A stretch of DNA of 64,000 nucleotides from Atribacterota bacterium (GTDB taxonomy: Bacteria; Atribacterota; Phoenicimicrobiia; Phoenicimicrobiales; Stramentimicrobiaceae): positions 128,001 to 192,000 of the forward strand of contig JAXGNR010000005.1 of the NCBI GenBank assembly GCA_040767965.1, read 5' to 3'. Positions 29,811 to 43,200 of this stretch are shown piece by piece. Under the pieces are notes generated by a model, which saw only the letters and a program-made list of their open reading frames with translations, was not told the DNA's origin and did no database searches. The position numbers and the translations under genes are program-made. The first letter of the stretch is position 1. Each line of letters starts with the position of its first letter.

Positions 29811-31253
29811 ATGAAATTACCAGAATTTAAAACAAAAATTATTTGTACTTTAGGACCGGCAACCCATAATAAAGACATAATAAAAAAATTAGTACTGGCC
29901 GGCATGAATGTAGGCAGGCTCAATCTGGCTCATGATACCAAAGATTATCATCGGAATACATTAAAGTATGTTCGTGAAGTAGAAAAAGAACTAAATGTAT
30001 CAATTCCAGTAATGATGGACATTCCTGGTCCAAAAATAAGAATTGGTACAATAGAAAATGGGCCGGTCGTCTTGAAAAAAGGAGAAATGGTTCGATTAAC
30101 GACAAAAAAAATAATTGGTAATAATGCTATTATACCTGTTGAATATCAGCATTTATTTAAGAGTATAAAAAAAGATAGCCTTGTATATTTATATGATGGC
30201 TTTATTCAGCTTAAAGTAAAAGAGATTATTGATGATGAAGCTTTCTGTCAGGTTATAACCGGTGGAAAACTTGATTCGCATAAAGGCCTTAATTTACCCA
30301 ATAGTAAAATATACCTTGATCCTATCAGCGAAGAAGACCTTGAACTAATATCCTTTGGCTTGGAAGAAGGAGTGTCTATTTTTGGCATATCATTTGTGGA
30401 AAAAGCTGAAGATATTGTTAAGGTAAAAGAATTTGCCCAAAAAAAAGGTAAAGAAATATTTACTATTGCCAAAATTGAGCGAGAAGAAGCTGTAAATAAT
30501 ATAGATGAGATATTAAAAGTTACTGATGCCGTTATGATAGCCAGAGGAGATTTAGGAGTACAGGTTGATATTCAAAACATCCCAGTTATTCAAAAAAAAT
30601 TAATCTCCCAGGCAAATTTAATGAGTAGGCCTGTAATTACTGCAACTCAAATGTTAGTTTCTATGACTGAACATATCCGCCCAACTCGTTCTGAGGTTAC
30701 TGATGTTGCTAATGCTATTTTAGATGGCACTGATGCTACTATGCTTTCAGAAGAAACCGCTGTTGGTCAATTTCCAGTTGAAGCAACCAGGATGATGGCT
30801 AGTATAGCCATATCAACTGAAAGACAATATAGGAATTTAAGTTATACTTCTTCTTTGATGAACAATCTTCATAATTCTTTTCTGCAACAAAAACCATCAG
30901 TTGAAGATGTAATATCAATTCATACAATGGAAAGTAGCCAAATATTAAGAGCTAAATATATATTAACTCCAACGGAAAGTGGAAATACTGCACGTAGAAT
31001 TTCGAGATTTAAGCCTTATTGCTGGATTTTTGCGTTTACTACTAACAAATTCAAGGCTCGTTTTTTAAGTCTTTCGTATGGAGTTATACCTTTTTTGATG
31101 CCTGAACAAAAAGGTGACTGGTATAAGAGTATTTTAAATTTATTAAACGAGAAGAAACTAATCAACAAAGGTGAAAATTTAATATTAACAGAAGGCACTA
31201 TAAGAAGAAAAATAGGTGGTACTGATACAATCAGAATTATTTCAGTAGAATAA
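29811..31253 (+). CDS. pyk: Pyruvate kinase
   Basis: TKIICTLGP, GPKIR, AKIE, MIARGDLG, ATQML, PTRSEVTDVANAILDG, MLSEETA. Confidence 0.96.
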   Translation: MKLPEFKTKIICTLGPATHNKDIIKKLVLAGMNVGRLNLAHDTKDYHRNTLKYVREVEKELNVSIPVMMDIPGPKIRIGTIENGPVVLKKGEMVRLTTKKIIGNNAIIPVEYQHLFKSIKKDSLVYLYDGFIQLKVKEIIDDEAFCQVITGGKLDSHKGLNLPNSKIYLDPISEEDLELISFGLEEGVSIFGISFVEKAEDIVKVKEFAQKKGKEIFTIAKIEREEAVNNIDEILKVTDAVMIARGDLGVQVDIQNIPVIQKKLISQANLMSRPVITATQMLVSMTEHIRPTRSEVTDVANAILDGTDATMLSEETAVGQFPVEATRMMASIAISTERQYRNLSYTSSLMNNLHNSFLQQKPSVEDVISIHTMESSQILRAKYILTPTESGNTARRISRFKPYCWIFAFTTNKFKARFLSLSYGVIPFLMPEQKGDWYKSILNLLNEKKLINKGENLILTEGTIRRKIGGTDTIRIISVE

Positions 31254-31274
31254 AATCAGTGAATAGGATAATGA

Positions 31275-33071
<1,797 letters not shown>

Positions 33072-33079
<8 letters not shown>

Positions 33080-33404
33080 AAATAACAATTCTGAGAAAAA
33101 AAGAGAAAAAGAATTTCTACGAGAGATTGAAAAGAAGGAAAAAAGAAGAATAAAGGCTCAAAGCAGAAAAAATCGCACTATCTGGATGGGATTTGGACTT
33201 TTTGGCGTTATTGGCTGGTCGGTGATGATTCCAACCATAATTGGGATTAGTATTGGATTGTGGGCTGATAAAAAATGGCCTGGACAGGTATCATGGACTT
33301 TGACCTTTCTTGTTCTGGGTATTGCCCTGGGTTGTTGGAATGCTTGGTACTGGGTGCAGAAGGAACGAAAAGTTATTGAAAAAGAAATAGATGAAGAGGA
33401 GTAA
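33072..33404 (+). CDS. atpQ: N-ATPase AtpQ (AtpZ/AtpI family) membrane protein
   Basis: GLFGVIGWSVMIP, GLWAD, SWTLT, GCWNAWYWV; position in operon. Confidence 0.88.
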
Positions 33405-33409
33405 TTAAA

Positions 33410-33697
33410 ATTAAAATACTTAATTTTATTATTTTAGGTATTCTATCTGGAATATTTTACTTTGGCGGATTATGGTTGACTTTGCAATATATGGTGCGCT
33501 CACCTTATCCTGCAATAGTTACCATGCTCAGCTATATCTTGCGCGTTGCTGCCTCCTTTTTTATTCTCATTTATATTGCCCGTCTTGGAGAATGGGCTTA
33601 TATTTTATACTGGTTAGCAGGTTTTATCTTAGCCCGTATTGTATTATCACGCTGGTTAAGTGATAATTATCCAAAGAAAGATAAGAAGGAGCAATAG
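33410..33697 (+). CDS. atpR: N-ATPase AtpR subunit, probable ATT start
   Basis: Frame is open back to TGA 33392 and includes LGILSGIFYFGGLWLT upstream of the track's TTG; SD GAGGAG 33396-33401. Confidence 0.82.
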   Translation: MKILNFIILGILSGIFYFGGLWLTLQYMVRSPYPAIVTMLSYILRVAASFFILIYIARLGEWAYILYWLAGFILARIVLSRWLSDNYPKKDKKEQ

Positions 33698-33699
33698 TT

Positions 33700-34413
33700 A
33701 TGGAAATAACTCCTGATACCATTATTTATTTTCAGTGGAATGGCATCCATTTAAATGCAACAATCGTATTTACATGGGTAGTAATGTTTCTATTGGTATT
33801 AATTAGCTGGTTGGCTACAAGGGATTTACGGGTCGGACCAGATATCAGTCGCTGGCAAACTTCTCTGGAAGTAATTATAAGCTATATTCGCCAGCAAATT
33901 GAGGAAATTACCCAGCAAAACCCGGATCAGTTTATTCCTTTTTTAGGAAGTCTTTTCTTATTTATTTCTATTTCTAATTTGCTAACTATTGTACCAGGGT
34001 ATCAACCTCCTACAGGTTCGCTTTCAACAACAACAGCCTTGGCGATTTGTGTATTTTTTGCTATTCCCATTTTTGGCATCGACAAAATTGGTGTTAAGAA
34101 TTATTTAAAGCAATATCTTAAACCATCTGTTCTAATGCTGCCATTTAATATTATTGGAGAATTTTCCCGAACACTAGCCCTGGCAGTAAGACTATTCGGA
34201 AATATAATGAGTGGTACTTTAGTAGCCGGAATTTTGCTGATTATTGTTCCATTGTTTGTGCCAATTATTATGCAGATATTAGGACTGTTAATAGGCCAGA
34301 TACAAGCATATATTTTTACAATTCTAGCTACAGTTTATATTGCTTCTGCCACTCAGGCAGAAAGTGAATTGTACCAAAAAAATAACGATGAAGGAAGTGA
34401 GAAAAATGAGTAG
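33700..34413 (+). CDS. atpB: ATPase a subunit
   Basis: PPTGSLSTT, PFNIIGEFSRTLALAVRLFGNI, IQAYIFTILATVYI. Confidence 0.95.
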   Translation: MEITPDTIIYFQWNGIHLNATIVFTWVVMFLLVLISWLATRDLRVGPDISRWQTSLEVIISYIRQQIEEITQQNPDQFIPFLGSLFLFISISNLLTIVPGYQPPTGSLSTTTALAICVFFAIPIFGIDKIGVKNYLKQYLKPSVLMLPFNIIGEFSRTLALAVRLFGNIMSGTLVAGILLIIVPLFVPIIMQILGLLIGQIQAYIFTILATVYIASATQAESELYQKNNDEGSEKNE

Positions 34414-34675
34414 TATTGATATTGTAAGTGCAATTTCTATTTTTACAGCTGGCATTACCATGGCTATCGGCTCTATTGGTCCGGCAATCGGACAGGGAAT
34501 GGCTGTAGCAAGAGCATTAGGAGCAATTGCTCAGCAACCCGATGAGGCAAATACTATTACCAGAACTTTATTTGTTGGTTTAGCTATGGTTGAGTCAACT
34601 GCTATCTATTGTCTGGTAATTTCCGTAATTCTTATTTTTGCCAATCCTTTCTGGAATTATATTTTAAGCCAATAA
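34406..34675 (+). CDS. atpE: ATPase c subunit with Na+-binding signature
   Basis: GPAIGQG, AQQP, AMVESTAIY; start moved to ATG 34406. Confidence 0.95.
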   Translation: MSSIDIVSAISIFTAGITMAIGSIGPAIGQGMAVARALGAIAQQPDEANTITRTLFVGLAMVESTAIYCLVISVILIFANPFWNYILSQ

Positions 34676-34685
34676 GGGGAATTAT

Positions 34686-35501
34686 ATGATAATTGACATG
34701 TTTACAGTAATAGCACAGATTATCAATTTTTTAATTCTGGTTATATTACTGAAAAAATTTCTTTTTAATAAAATTGTTGGCATTATAGACGAAAGAGAAG
34801 ATCAAATTAAAGAGCAAATAATAAATGCTGAACAAAAGCAAAAAGAAGCTGAAAAGGAGATAAAAAAACAAAAGAAAATTAGGGAAGAACTGGAAGGAAA
34901 ATGGGATGAAAATCTTGCTCAAATGAAAAAAGATCTCCAAAATAAACGTGAGAAATTGATGGAAGAAACCAGGCATTCGATTGATAAAGAAGAGAAAAAC
35001 TGGAAAAAATCAATAGCCAAACAAAGGGATGCTTTTTTAAACGAATTGAAACAGCTTTCCTGCCAACAGGTGTGCAGAATATCCAGAAAAGTTTTAACAG
35101 ATCTAGCCAATGAAAGGTTAGAAAACAAGCTGATTGAAAGCTTTTTGCAGCAGTTGAAGGAAGCCAATGGCTATGCTGGAAAAGGATTCCAATTATCTGA
35201 TCTAAACTCCAGTAAAGAAATTGAAATAAATACAGCTTTTGAATTACATCAAAAAGAAAAAGAAATAATTATTGATAATTTGCAAACCCTCCTGAAAGAT
35301 GAAATACTCATTAATTTTAAAGAATCTGCAGATCTTATCTGTGGAATTGAATTAAGAACAGAAGGAAAGAAAATCTCCTGGAGCATAGAAAGTTATCTCA
35401 ATTCTCTGGAAAAAAGCTTACAAGAAATGTTTGATGACGCTACAATCCAGCAGGGGAATAATAGAGAAGAAATTAAAATTGAAGGTTTAACAGAAGAATA
35501 A
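34686..35501 (+). CDS. atpF: N-ATPase b subunit with delta-like C-terminal extension
   Basis: FTVIAQIINFLILVILLKKFLF, coiled coil, DLICGIEL...ISWSIESYL. Confidence 0.92.
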   Translation: MIIDMFTVIAQIINFLILVILLKKFLFNKIVGIIDEREDQIKEQIINAEQKQKEAEKEIKKQKKIREELEGKWDENLAQMKKDLQNKREKLMEETRHSIDKEEKNWKKSIAKQRDAFLNELKQLSCQQVCRISRKVLTDLANERLENKLIESFLQQLKEANGYAGKGFQLSDLNSSKEIEINTAFELHQKEKEIIIDNLQTLLKDEILINFKESADLICGIELRTEGKKISWSIESYLNSLEKSLQEMFDDATIQQGNNREEIKIEGLTEE

Positions 35502-35507
35502 ATTCTT

Positions 35508-37091
35508 TTGGAGAAAGATAAAATGAAGGAATTGACCGAAGAAATGTCACTACAGAGACAGATAAAAGAAACTTTTTCCAGGATGGAGAAGGTTATACAA
35601 AAGAAGGAAGTACCTTTTCATTTTCAAGAAATAGGCCTCATTAAATCAGTAGGCAAGAACATTGTAAAAGCAAATGGACTGCCAAATGTGAAATTTGGAG
35701 AGATTGTACATTTTAAAAAAGGACAATTGGGGATGGTATTTAATTTAAACCCTGAAAGTGTTGACATTATCCTTTTGGATGATGCAAAATCTATTACATC
35801 CTCAAATGAAGTTGTAAGGACTAATCAGGTTATGAGTGTTCCGGTAGGAGATAGACTGCTTGGTAGAGTTATAGATGCAGTTGGCAGACCATTAGATGGT
35901 AAAGGTGCTATTGGAAACACAGAAATTGCCCCTATTGAACAGGATGCAACTGCTATTATGGACAGAGATCCTGTAAATATGCCTTTACAAACAGGATTGC
36001 TGGTAATTGATTCTTTAATTCCGATTGGGAGAGGGCAGCGAGAATTGATTTTAGGTGATCGGCAGACTGGAAAAACAGCAATAGCTATTGATACTATTTT
36101 AAACCAAAAAAATGATGATGTTATTTGTATTTATTGTGCAATTGGACGGCAAATATCTTCTGTTGCCAGAGTAATCTCCAGACTTGAACAATCTAAAGCA
36201 ATGGATTATAGTATCGTAATGGTAGCCTCCGGTGATGAAGCGCCAGGGATGAATTATATTGCTCCTTATGCTGCAACCAGTATTGGAGAATATTTTATGA
36301 AAAAGGGTAAAGATGTTCTTGTTATCTATGATGACCTTACTCAGCATGCACGTGCTTATCGCGAATTATCCCTGTTGATGAGGAGACCTCCTGCAAGGGA
36401 AGCGTTTCCTGGAGATATTTTTTATATTCATTCACGTCTTCTTGAAAGGGCTACTCATTTGAAAAAAGAATATGGAGGAGGCTCTTTAACAGCTTTGCCT
36501 ATAGTTGAAACTGAAGCACAAAACTTATCAGCCTACATACCAACAAATATTATATCAATTACTGATGGGCAGATATATTTATCCCCTCAATTATTTCAAG
36601 GAGGTATTTTACCAGCTGTTGATGTAGGGAAATCTGTTTCCCGGGTTGGCGGAAAAACCCAATTAGCAGCATATCGAAAAGTAGTAGGAGACTTACGATT
36701 AAGTTACTCCCAGTTTCAAGAGTTAGAAATATTTTCCCGGTTTGGTACTCAATTAGATGAAAATACCAAAAAGGCTTTAACCAGAGGAAGAAGAATAAGA
36801 GAAATACTAAAACAAAATCAATATGATCCTTATTCTGTTTTAGAGCAAATTATTTTACTTCTGGCTGTCTCCCGTGGTTTGCTGGATAATATTCCTGTAA
36901 ACAGGATTAATGAATTCAAAAAAAATATCAAAGATGGGGTAAAGGAAAAATTTTCAGGAATCACCGAAAGAATTAATAATAATAAAATACTATCTTCAGA
37001 CGATGAAGATAGATTAACTGTTTTCATTCAAGAAAAAACTGACCTGATTGTTGAGGATAATGATTATGCAGATGCTGGAGACGATTCGTAG
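35508..37091 (+). CDS. atpA: N-type ATPase alpha subunit
   Basis: [47 protein letters not shown]. Confidence 0.96.
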   Translation: MEKDKMKELTEEMSLQRQIKETFSRMEKVIQKKEVPFHFQEIGLIKSVGKNIVKANGLPNVKFGEIVHFKKGQLGMVFNLNPESVDIILLDDAKSITSSNEVVRTNQVMSVPVGDRLLGRVIDAVGRPLDGKGAIGNTEIAPIEQDATAIMDRDPVNMPLQTGLLVIDSLIPIGRGQRELILGDRQTGKTAIAIDTILNQKNDDVICIYCAIGRQISSVARVISRLEQSKAMDYSIVMVASGDEAPGMNYIAPYAATSIGEYFMKKGKDVLVIYDDLTQHARAYRELSLLMRRPPAREAFPGDIFYIHSRLLERATHLKKEYGGGSLTALPIVETEAQNLSAYIPTNIISITDGQIYLSPQLFQGGILPAVDVGKSVSRVGGKTQLAAYRKVVGDLRLSYSQFQELEIFSRFGTQLDENTKKALTRGRRIREILKQNQYDPYSVLEQIILLLAVSRGLLDNIPVNRINEFKKNIKDGVKEKFSGITERINNNKILSSDDEDRLTVFIQEKTDLIVEDNDYADAGDDS

Positions 37092-37953
37092 AAAAATTGA
37101 AAGTGCAAAAGATTTACATTCAGTTGTAAAAACAATGAAAGCATTAGCCGCTGTAAATATTCATACCTATGAAAAAGCTGTTCGTGCTATAAATTTTTAT
37201 TTTCAGAATATTGAAGCAGCTTTCCAGGTTGTTTTAAAAGAAACCCCGGATATTTTTAAGACAGTTTCTGCCGAAGAAGATTATCCTGTTGGAATAATTG
37301 TTTTTGGTGCTCAAAGAGGAATGGCTGGTAATTTTAATTTGCCAATTGCAAATAAGCTGGATACCTGGCAAAAAAATATTGGTTTAAAAGATAAAGTTCC
37401 TCCGGTTGTCTGTATAGTAGGAGACAGAATCTCAGAACAATTAAAAGATCTTGGAATTGTTGCAGATTACTATTTAGACTTTCCCAGCTTTCGCTATCAT
37501 TTAGATGGCACTATCCAAGAGATACTTTTGATAATAGAAGAATGGCGTTTTCAGAAAAAAGCATCCAGTATTCATCTTTTTTATAATCGTCCAACAAGCG
37601 GCTCTTCTTTTACTCCAAACCATTCTCAACTGTATCCATTGAACCATGAATGGCTACAAGAATTATCAACCAGGAAATGGGATTCTCGTTCAATACCTAT
37701 GCACACTATTCCAGCGGGAGACTTGTTTAATCAAATTATCCAGCAATACCTCTATATATCTCTATATAAGGCATTTATTGAAACAATGGCCAGTGAAAAT
37801 GCCAGCAGATTGATTGCTATGCGTAAAGCAGAACAGAATATTGAAGAAAAATTAGAAGATTTAGACTCTCAATTTAATAAACAAAGACAAGATTCTATTA
37901 CCGAAGAGTTACTTGATATTGTCGCTGGATTTGAAGCTTTGACCAAAGAATAA
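37066..37953 (+). CDS. atpG: N-type ATPase gamma subunit
   Basis: [53 protein letters not shown]. Confidence 0.94.
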   Translation: MQMLETIRRKIESAKDLHSVVKTMKALAAVNIHTYEKAVRAINFYFQNIEAAFQVVLKETPDIFKTVSAEEDYPVGIIVFGAQRGMAGNFNLPIANKLDTWQKNIGLKDKVPPVVCIVGDRISEQLKDLGIVADYYLDFPSFRYHLDGTIQEILLIIEEWRFQKKASSIHLFYNRPTSGSSFTPNHSQLYPLNHEWLQELSTRKWDSRSIPMHTIPAGDLFNQIIQQYLYISLYKAFIETMASENASRLIAMRKAEQNIEEKLEDLDSQFNKQRQDSITEELLDIVAGFEALTKE

Positions 37954-38024
37954 TTTTCATTTTTTAGAAAAAAATGTTATCATTATATGTTGTTAAGACA
38001 GATAATATAAATGGTAAAAATTTA

Positions 38025-40181
38025 ATGAATGGTAAAAACACTAAAGATTTTAAAAAAAATATTAAAATAACCGGGATGACTTGTATAAATTGTGCCAAAC
38101 GGGTAGAAGATAAATTATCTAAAATCAGTGATGTAAAATATGCTTCTGTAAATCTGGCAACAGAATCAGCCTATATAATAAGTCAACGAGTGCTGTCTGA
38201 TGATGAAATAAAAATGGCAGTTGAAAGTGCTGGTTATGGTATTGTGAAAAACACAGATAAAGATAACAGTCGAAGAAGATACCAAAAATCCAGAAAAAAT
38301 GTTACAACTGCCTGGATTATTACTATACCTTTATCAGTCATGATGATTTTCCATATGTTCGGCTATCATATTAATTTTTTTAATCTTATGGAAATACTTG
38401 GAGGCGCTGTAGTAATATTTTATTGTGGTTTTGCTACCATAAAAAGTGCCTGGATTGCGCTTACTCATTCTCATTCAAATATGGATACTCTTATTTCGAT
38501 TGGCTCAATAACATCATGGATCACAGCTGTTTTTAATTTTGCTGGTTTGCCAATTATGTCTTTTGGGACTATTGGGGCTATGATTATTTCAATTCACTTA
38601 ACTGGCAGATTTATTGAATCACATTTAAGAGATAAGGCATCTAAAGAAATAAAATCATTAATTTCTTTGCAGCAAAAAGAAGCTACGGTTGTTTTTGCAA
38701 ATGAAGAAGTGAAATTGCCTATTGATATGATTAAAAAAGATCAGCTGGTTAAAGTCAAGCCAGGAGATCGTATTCCAGTGGATGGAATTGTGGTCAATGG
38801 CCATTCGGTAGTTGACGAATCATTTATTTCCGGAGAGCCGATACCTAAAGAGAAAAAAGAAAATGATCAGGTAGTGGGAGGTTCTGTTAATTTATCAGGA
38901 TCTCTAATTGTAAAAGCAGTTAGTATTGGGGAAAAATCTTTTTTATCTCAAATGATTCAATTAATAAAAGAAGCTCAAGGTACAAAAGTTCCTATCCAGG
39001 CTTTGGCTGATAAGATTACTAATTATTTTGTTCCCGCTATTATTCTCTTGGCAACCATAAGTGCAATTTTTTGGTTTCTTAATTTATCAAAATATGGTGT
39101 TTTTTTTCTAAAAGCAAGAGAAATATTTCCCTGGATACTAATAACTGAAAGTAATTTATCTTTTGCCGTCTTTGTTTTTATTTCTACTGTAGTTATTGCC
39201 TGTCCCTGTGCTTTAGGGTTGGCTACCCCAATGGCTTTAATAACAGGAAGTGCTCTGGCTGCTAAGAATGGTTTAATAATCAGGAATGCTGAAGCTATTC
39301 AAACATCTAAAGATGTAACACATGTTTTACTGGATAAAACTGGAACTATTACTTACGGAAAGCCTTCTGTGATTTATCATAATCTTGATTTTGCTGAAAT
39401 GAAAATTGTAGCTTCTATCGAAAATAGTTCTCATCATCCGTTAGCGCAGGCTATTGCCGATAAAGTAAAAGAAAAAATAAAAATAGACAATATTAAGGAG
39501 ATTCCAGGAGAAGGTGTATTAGCTGATTATAATGAAGATCGTTATTTTATTGGCAAACCAAAAATGAACAAAGAATATACCGAGTATTTACAAAAAGGAC
39601 AAACAGTTGTTGAAATATTGAAAAATAATAATACAATAGGTTTTATTGTTCTGGAAGATCAGATCAGAAAAGAATCAAAAAAGGTAATTAATAGATTGAA
39701 AGAATTAAAAATAACTACAGTGATGGTGACAGGTGATGATCAAATTACTGCTGAGAAGGTAGCTTCTGAGATTGGGATTGAAAAAGTGTATGCTGGTATT
39801 AAACCAGCAGGTAAATTGAATATTGTCAGGAGATACCAAAGTTCTGAAGGGAAAGTATTAATGATTGGCGATGGGATCAATGACGCTGCCTCCTTGAAGG
39901 GTGCAGACATTGGAGTTGCCATGGGGAAAGGATCTGATCTAGCCATAGATAGTGCTGATATAGTTATAATAAAAGAGGGTATTTTAGGATTACTTCACTG
40001 TATAACAATATCTTCAAAGATATTCAGAATTATCCAGCAGAATCTTTTTTGGGCTTTTCTCTACAATATCCTGGCTATACCCATGGCCATGTTAGGATTA
40101 CTTCATCCAGTAATTGCCGAAGGAGCAATGGCTTTTAGTTCAATTACTGTTATCATAAACTCTTTAAGAATTAAGACATAA
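38025..40181 (+). CDS. copA: Heavy-metal (Cu+) P1B-type ATPase
   Basis: GMTCINC, CPCALGLATP, DKTGT, HP, GDGINDA, YN and MAFSS motifs. Confidence 0.92.
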   Translation: MNGKNTKDFKKNIKITGMTCINCAKRVEDKLSKISDVKYASVNLATESAYIISQRVLSDDEIKMAVESAGYGIVKNTDKDNSRRRYQKSRKNVTTAWIITIPLSVMMIFHMFGYHINFFNLMEILGGAVVIFYCGFATIKSAWIALTHSHSNMDTLISIGSITSWITAVFNFAGLPIMSFGTIGAMIISIHLTGRFIESHLRDKASKEIKSLISLQQKEATVVFANEEVKLPIDMIKKDQLVKVKPGDRIPVDGIVVNGHSVVDESFISGEPIPKEKKENDQVVGGSVNLSGSLIVKAVSIGEKSFLSQMIQLIKEAQGTKVPIQALADKITNYFVPAIILLATISAIFWFLNLSKYGVFFLKAREIFPWILITESNLSFAVFVFISTVVIACPCALGLATPMALITGSALAAKNGLIIRNAEAIQTSKDVTHVLLDKTGTITYGKPSVIYHNLDFAEMKIVASIENSSHHPLAQAIADKVKEKIKIDNIKEIPGEGVLADYNEDRYFIGKPKMNKEYTEYLQKGQTVVEILKNNNTIGFIVLEDQIRKESKKVINRLKELKITTVMVTGDDQITAEKVASEIGIEKVYAGIKPAGKLNIVRRYQSSEGKVLMIGDGINDAASLKGADIGVAMGKGSDLAIDSADIVIIKEGILGLLHCITISSKIFRIIQQNLFWAFLYNILAIPMAMLGLLHPVIAEGAMAFSSITVIINSLRIKT

Positions 40182-40223
40182 TTTAATAAAAAAACAAAAA
40201 ATGTTAATCGAAAGGAAAGTATT

Positions 40224-43200
40224 ATGAAACACAAAATGATCACTTTAGACGGTAATACGGCAGCAGCTCATACTGCGTATCACCTTAGCGAAAATGTTAC
40301 GATTTATCCGATTACCCCCTCTTCTGTTATGGGAGAACTGGCAGATTTATGGGCATTTCAAGGTAAAAAAAATATTTGGGATGCAGTTCCTTTTGTTGCT
40401 GAGATGCAAAGTGAAGCTGGTGCAGCTGGAGCAGTGCATGGTTCTTTGCAAAGAGGAGCCCTGACCACTACCTTTACAGCCTCTCAGGGATTGTTGCTAA
40501 TGCTGCCTAACATGTTTAAAATTGCCGGTGAGCTAACACCTACAGTTTTTAATGTTTCAGCGCGCTCAGTAGCAACTCATGCTTTGTCTATTTTTGGAGA
40601 CCATTCTGATGTAATGGCAGCAAGGACAACAGGTTTTGCTTTAATAGCAGCTGCTTCTGTCCAGGAAGCTATGGATTTCCCTTTAATCGCAATGGCTGCT
40701 TCTCTAAAATCCAGAATTCCTTTTTTACATTTCTTTGATGGGTTCCGCACTTCTCATGAAGTATCAAAAGTAGAGCTTTTGGAAAATGAAGAAATGAAAC
40801 AGATGATTGACGATGAACTGGTATATGAACACAGGGCACGTGCTCTATCACCAGAAAAACCAGTAATAAGGGGTACTGCTCAAAATCCAGATGTTTTTTT
40901 CCAGGCAAGAGAAGGATGTAATCCTTTTTATGAAGCATGTTCAGAAATTACTGAAGAAGCTATGAAAAAATTTAAAGAGATTACCGGTAGAGAATATCAT
41001 CTTTTCCAATATGAAGGAGCACCTGATGCAGAATACGTAATAGTATTAATGGGATCAGCATGTGAAACAGTGCAGGAGACAGTTGAATACCTGGCCGGAA
41101 AAGGTGAAAAGATAGGAGTATTGAAAGTCCGCTTATTCAGACCATTTTCCATTAAACACCTGTATCAAGCAATCCCTGAAACAGTCAAAAAATTATGTGT
41201 TTTAGATCGGACAAAAGAACCAGGTAGTTCAGGTGAACCATTATATATGGAAGTTTTATCTGGTATTAATGAATACATGAATGAAAATGGAATTGAAAGA
41301 AAAATAAAAGTAGTGGGTGGAAGATATGGATTGTCATCTAAGGAATTTACCCCTGCTATGGTTATGGGAGTATTTGAAGAAATAAAAAAAGAAAACTCCA
41401 TGAATCATTTTACTGTGGGAATTAATGATGATGTAACTCACAAGAGCGTGAAATATCCAGAACATTTCCATATCGAACCTGCTGATAGAGTAAGAGCTGT
41501 TTTTTATGGGCTAGGTTCTGATGGAACCGTAAGCGCAAATAAAAGCTCCATTAAAATTATTGGAGAAGATACTGATAATTTTGCCCAGGGTTATTTTGTA
41601 TATGATTCTAAAAAAGCAGGCTCGCTGACAATTTCCCATTTACGCTTCGGGAAAGACCCTATTCACTCACCATACCTGATCGAAAAGGCAAACTTTGTTG
41701 GGTGTCATCAGTTTAGCTTCCTGGAAAAGTATGATGTATTAAAGCTTGCTGAAGACAATGCTGTATTTTTGTTAAATACTCCATTCCCAACTGAAGAAGT
41801 CTGGGATAAAATTCCAAAAGAAGTACAAGAAACTATTATTAAAAAAGGTATAAAATTATATGCGATTAATGCTTATGAAATCGCAAAAGAAACCGGCCTT
41901 GGAGTTAGAATAAATACCGTAATGCAGACAGCATTTTTCTTATTAAGCAAGATTTTACCTGAAGATGCAGCTATTGATAGAATTAAGCAATTCATCAAAA
42001 AATCTTATGGCACTAAAGGAGAGTCAATCTTAAATAAAAATAATAAGGCAGTTGATTTAGCTAAAGAATCAATACAGGAAATAAAAATTCCTGCTCATGC
42101 CAGCAGTGAAATCAACAAAAAAGATGCTGTTTCTTCTGAGGCTCCTAAATTTGTAAGAGAGGTAACTGCCAAAATGATTGCCCAGGAAGGAGACTCCATA
42201 CCAGTCAGCGCCTTTGATCCAGATGGAACCTTCCCTTCAGGGACCACTAAATGGGAAAAAAGGAATATTGCATTAGAAGTACCTGAATGGGATCCTGATG
42301 TCTGTATTCAATGTGGTAATTGTGTTTTTGTTTGCCCGCATGCGGTCATTAGAAGCAAAGTATATTCACCGGAGTTGCTTGAAAATGCCCCAGCAGGATT
42401 TAAATCTACTGATAGTAAGATGAAAGAATTTAAAGATCAAAAATTCACTTTACAGATATCTCCAGAAGATTGTACCGGTTGCGGATTATGTGTTGAAGCA
42501 TGTCCTGCAAAAAATAAGAAAGAACCAGGCAAAAAAGCTATTAATATGGTCTTTATCGAAGATGTTCATGAACAAGAGAATAAAAACTGGAAATTCTTTG
42601 AAAGTCTTCCACTTGTCAATAGAGAAAAATTACAGCTTAACAGGGTTAGAGATTTACAGTTAACTCAACCACTATTTGAATTTTCTGGCGCTTGTGCAGG
42701 TTGTGGTGAAACTCCTTATGTAAAACTTGTCAGCCAGTTGTTTGGAGATAGAATGGTAGTAGCTAATGCTACTGGATGTTCATCAATTTATGGCGGCAAT
42801 CTGCCTACGACCCCATGGACTTCTAATCAGGATGGGCATGGTCCTGCCTGGTCTAACTCTCTCTTTGAAGACAATGCCGAATTTGGTTATGGCATGAGAT
42901 TAGCAATTAATCAGCAAAAGAAAACAGCAATATCTATATTAGAGAAGATGAAAGGGGATATTGGTGAAGAATTGGTTGACAGCCTGATTAATGCTAAACA
43001 GACAAATGATGAAGAAATTCAGGCTCAAAGAAGCAGAGTAAAACAATTAATTCAAAAGATCCAAAATATTTCTACAGACGAGGCAAAACAATTGCTCAGT
43101 TTAGCTGAGGCCCTTATCCAAAAGAGTGTCTGGATTATTGGAGGAGATGGCTGGGCTTATGACATTGGTTATGGCGGATTGGATCATGTTATTGCTCAAC

